DNA of 61,843 nucleotides, filler included, from It is 10 parts of 10 records of this genome, joined end to end, with 100 filler letters (N's around TTAATTAATTAA, not from the genome) between each part and the next. Parts side by side here need not be neighbours in the genome. Positions count along the whole stretch, not along the records: positions 57,873 to 61,843 come from SRR7504441_6679; 9 more parts are not named here. One strand, 5' to 3'. Shown piece by piece: positions 57,921 to 61,843 of this stretch (position 1 is its first letter; each line of letters starts with the position of its first letter). The notes under the pieces were generated by a model. It saw only the letters and a program-made list of their open reading frames with translations, ran no database searches and was not told where the DNA came from. The position numbers and the translations under genes were made by a program.

Positions 57921-60900
57921 ATGCGGGCGCTCGTCGTGGCGTGCTTGTGCACTGCGGCTGCGGCTGCGTTCGGGGCAGCGGCTCCGCCAGAGATCAATGT
58001 CTCGTGGACCCAACTGAACGCGCTGGCAGCGCCATCCCAGCGGCGGGCTGCCACGCTGACAAGCCTGAGCTCCCAGCTGGTGCTCTTTGGCGGCGAGAGC
58101 TGGGTGTCGCCGCTGGTCACAGGCGGCAGCGACTGGGAGCTGCAGACAGTGACCGACGACCAGAACCTCTGGTTCTACGACCCAGCCAACAAGATGTGGT
58201 CGATGCCGCCCGCCGGCAACTCGCCCGGCCCACGCGCAGGCCACGCCGCCGCGAGCGTGCCCAGCTCGGACGGTTCGACCAAGGCGTTGCTGGTTGCCGG
58301 GGGGCGCCGGTACGGGACAGACGGCGCCCGAGAACGGTACTTGGACGACTTATGGCTTTACAGCGCGGACAAGACTCAGTGGAGTTGCCTGAGTTGCAGC
58401 AAGAACAGCAGCCTGCCGGCTGGACGCGCCGACCATTCGCTCACCCTCGTGTCCGGATCGAGTGGCCAGAACCTGACTTACGTCATGTTTGGCGGCCGAA
58501 ATTGCGCAGGCGTCTGTTGCCCAGGGCTGGCTGATGTGTGGTCTATCCAGCTCAGCCTGGCTTCAGCCTCAGCGACTTGGGCCCAGCTCAGCCCAGCCGG
58601 CCTGAGCGCGCGGGCTCTGTATGGCCACGGCGCCGCGTACCTGAACGGCCGACTGTACGTGCTTGGAGGAGTGCAGGTGGCGAGTCCGACGTGCGTGGTG
58701 AGTGGGAACATCTCAGTGCTTCAGCTCAATCTCTCACACTACAGCTGGCAAGACATTCAACAAGCCTCGCCCCGCTGCTTCCACTCGCTGCAGGTCGGAG
58801 GATCCCAGATGTTTTCGGTGGGCGGGTTTGATTCTGCGACTGCATTTGAGCAAAACAATGCGGTTGGCACTTTGCTGACCTACACTGGCACCGCTCAAGC
58901 TCCGGACTTGTCAGTGGACAAGTATGGAGGAGCTCTAGCCAGCCGCCAGTACGCGCGGGGCTTTGCTTCTGCAGCGGTGGTGCCTGGTGACGTGATTGAC
59001 ACCTTAGTAGCGTTTGGAGGCAACATGTACAACCTAACTTATGCATTTCAAGATCTGTGGCTCTACCACAATCAGTCAATTGCAGAAATCTATGGTGGAT
59101 CAGGTCAGCAGCAATGGTCGCAGGTGGCTGGTGGACGGTCCAACGGTGCAGTGTACTGTGATACAGCACCAGGAGTGGTCTGCAACCACAGCAAGAGCGG
59201 AGCGGACTTGGTGATGCTTGGCGGGCTGGTGCAGGCTCCACAGCTCAACTTGTTGAGCCAAAATTTGCCGGCAGTTGGAGGGCAGTGCGCAGTCAAGGCC
59301 AGCCTGGATAACAATAGCAGCATGCCTGTCCAGCAGAAGGCCGAGCCTTTCGTGCCAGCCGTGCACGAGAATGATTCGCTCGGATATTTCAGCATGGTCC
59401 GACTATCAAACGGTTCTCGATTAGTGTTTGGCGGGCTTTGGTTTCCCGAAGTGCTAGCAGCCACGCAGCACCGGGTACAGTCGCCTGAGGACGAGTACCC
59501 CCAGCCTAACAGCTTCTTGTTCATGTCTGGAGCTGCCGGCGCTGAATGGTCCGTCTCGAGCACTTCTGGGTTTGGCTCAAACCACGATGCGACCCTCGAG
59601 CGCTTTCTGCACTGTAGCGTGGTTTACGGCAGCGGGACTCAAGAAAAGATGCTAGTTTGGGGAGGTGGTCGGGTTCGTGAAAACTGGGTGGGCTGGGTAT
59701 CGCTGCTGGAGTTGGATGTCTCTACTGGGGTGTGGACTGACCTGGATACATCAAGTAGCGGAAGTCCATCGCTGCCCAAGTTTGGCCATTCGTGTGTAGT
59801 CCAAGGCACCAGTCTGATTGTGTTTGGTGGGGCTTTTACCAACGAAGAGTACCAAATACCAGATCGGTGGTCTCCTGTGACAGACATGTGGCAATACAAC
59901 ATTGCGTCCCGTCAATGGATCCAGCTGCGATCTTCAGGAGTGCCCCCTTTCCCCACTATTCTGCATACAGCCAATCTCATGTTCAACCAGACGCGGATGG
60001 TGGTGGTCGGAGGCATCATTAAACGTCCTCAGGCTGGCCAAGATAAGCTCATCTTGTCTGATGCGGTCGTGGTTGTTGACCTGGATCCACTGTGCCTATC
60101 GGGGAGTGAAGATGCCTACTGCTACTGGCTGCAGGTGCATACCCCAGGGGTGGAGCACTTTTCCGACATTATGCCAGGAAGATATGGCCATTCGTCAATT
60201 GACATGTCGAATGACAATGACAAAGCTATGCTTTTAATTGCTGGTGGAATCTCGGACGTGTCTGAGAATGGGACAGTGGCATCGGATATGTGGGGACTCA
60301 AGCTCAAAGTACTTAGTCCATCGCCGACTCCAACTCCTGGACCGGGCAAGACAGTTCTTGGGATGTCTGTGACAGTCTTGATTCTTATCATTGTTGGCGT
60401 ACTAGCAACAATTGGGGCAGCAGTGGTGGGCTGGAGGATTTATGTGCGCCGCAGAAGGATGAAGAAGACCAGGCAGCTGCTAGCGGACTTGAATAGCAAA
60501 TCTGGAAAGCCGCATGCACTCACTGGTGGAGGCCAAGATGACGAGGAGAACCTGTTGGCAATAGAGCCAAGTTCGGCGTGGGAGGCAGACTTTGCTGAAT
60601 ATCTTGCAGACGCCCAGGGCTTTGTGATAGATTTCGACAGCCTGCGCATTGTGAAACAGATTGGGCACGGCGCAACCTGTGTTGTGCATGTTGGCTGGTG
60701 GGGTAACACTCCGGTGGCTATCAAGCGTTTCTTTTTAAACCAGAATTTCCAGTTCAAGGACTTTTGCCGTGAAACACTGGTGCATCGTGACCTCAAGCAT
60801 AAAAATGTGCTTGAGCTGCTTGCAATTACTGTCAGCCCAGCCTGCTCCATAACACCTCTCATGCGGTTTGGATCGCTATTCCATCTACTCCAATCTGCTG

Positions 60901-61754
60901 AAGAGCTATCTTACAGCGTCATTTTACAGCTAGCAACAGATGCGGCATGTGGGATGCACTACTTACACAGCCAAGGGGTATTGCACCGCGACCTCAAGAC
61001 TCTCAACCTGTTGATTGACGATGCGTGGACGGTCAAAGTCGCAGATTTTGGCACATCTCGCTTTCAAATCTCGGCAATGACAACCGGGGTCGGATCTGTT
61101 CAATACATGGCACCGGAGGTATTTGTATCAAACTATTCGACCACCAAAGCAGACGTGTACTCGTTTTCTATCATCCTGTGGGAAATGGTGTCTCGAAAGG
61201 TGCCAGTCCCACCTTTTGGGGGCTTGATGGTAAATTGTGTTGCAGGTTCCTTACGGCGAAGTGAACTCACCTTTTATTGTGTGTTGTGATGTGCGCAACG
61301 GTGTGCGGCTCGAAATGCCACCCAACACCAGACCAGAGTATGCTGCCTTAATCGAGGCTTGTTGGGCCCAAAATGCCAATGAGCGGCCGAGTTTTGAGGA
61401 GGTTTTAGAACAGTTGAGTGAAATGACGGCAATGGCGGAGCAAGACAGTGGAGTCGAGCGTGGTAGTTTCAGTGGCCCTCGGGACCTGAAGGCTTCTTTC
61501 AATGATGTGAGTGACGACTGCTGGTGCTCTGCTGTGCTTCTCAAAGTGTTGTGCTGCAGGTTACAGACTTGAGAGCATTAATGGCAAGTCCAACGCATAC
61601 CGGAAGCAACACCGATTGCTCGGCATATTTGGCACCCGAGCCGACATCTGGTTCAAACTTTTCAGCTGAAGACGTTTCAGGAAACATGGAAGGCAGCAAT
61701 CAATCAGTCAAGATTCGTGAGTATAATAGCCTCACTCAGGAGGGTGAAGATTAA
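57921..61754 (+). CDS. Receptor-like TKL kinase with Kelch-repeat ectodomain, 3 exons
   Basis: Signal peptide; about 12 Kelch-type units (PRAGHAA, LVLFGG, YVLGG, DLW); TM VLILIIVGVLATIGAAVVGW; kinase IGHGATCVV, VAIK, HRDLKTLN, DFG, YMAPE, DVYSF; introns 61200-61245 and 61507-61559. Confidence 0.92.
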
Positions 61755-61843
61755 AATAAAAATTCAAAAAAATCAATAAAAAAATCCACTTATATGATAT
61801 AAGTACATTTGCTAGAAAGTCGGAGCCCGTAGACCCACATAAC

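Noticed and set aside
119-61754. Frequent frame changes suggesting programmed frameshifting, an alternative genetic code or widespread pseudogenes
   Set aside because: Nearly all are resolved by ~40-nt GT-AG or GC-AG introns under the standard code; TAA, TAG and TGA all serve as stops.
1-61843. rRNA, tRNA, CRISPR arrays, transposases
   Set aside because: None recognisable by eye; a covariance-model scan would be needed to exclude small RNAs.

Overview
Eukaryotic (protist-type) nuclear DNA made of ten separate contigs joined by artificial 100-nt spacers (N-run, TTAATTAATTAA, N-run), so gene order across spacers means nothing. The genome is very compact. Genes are split by tiny GC-rich spliceosomal introns (mostly 34-46 nt, about 1 in 8 GC-AG), which is why the ORF track is fragmented. 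Recognisable genes: ankyrin-Ariadne RBR E3 ligase, EF-hand coiled-coil protein, tandem-SH3 protein, MFS transporter, GPR155/LYCHOS-like protein, ARA1-type arabinokinase, cyclase-family hydrolase, NDUFAF5, GH3 beta-xylosidase, UDP-glucose pyrophosphorylase, SGNH esterases and a Kelch-ectodomain receptor kinase. Most notable: (1) a ~2,700-aa GTPase/J-domain/SecA-like helicase/vWA protein whose vWA domain is mostly deleted; (2) a giant Cys-repeat protein gene with a ~545-bp internal inversion and several deletions; (3) a double LamG-GalE fusion about 2.5 kb from the arabinokinase; (4) a secreted fibre-like beta-repeat protein; (5) six head-to-head gene pairs with start codons only 25-150 nt apart, each spacer carrying a CCGTTA/TAACGG (Myb-type) motif. 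All calls come from reading motifs by eye; no database search was run and the organism is not identified.
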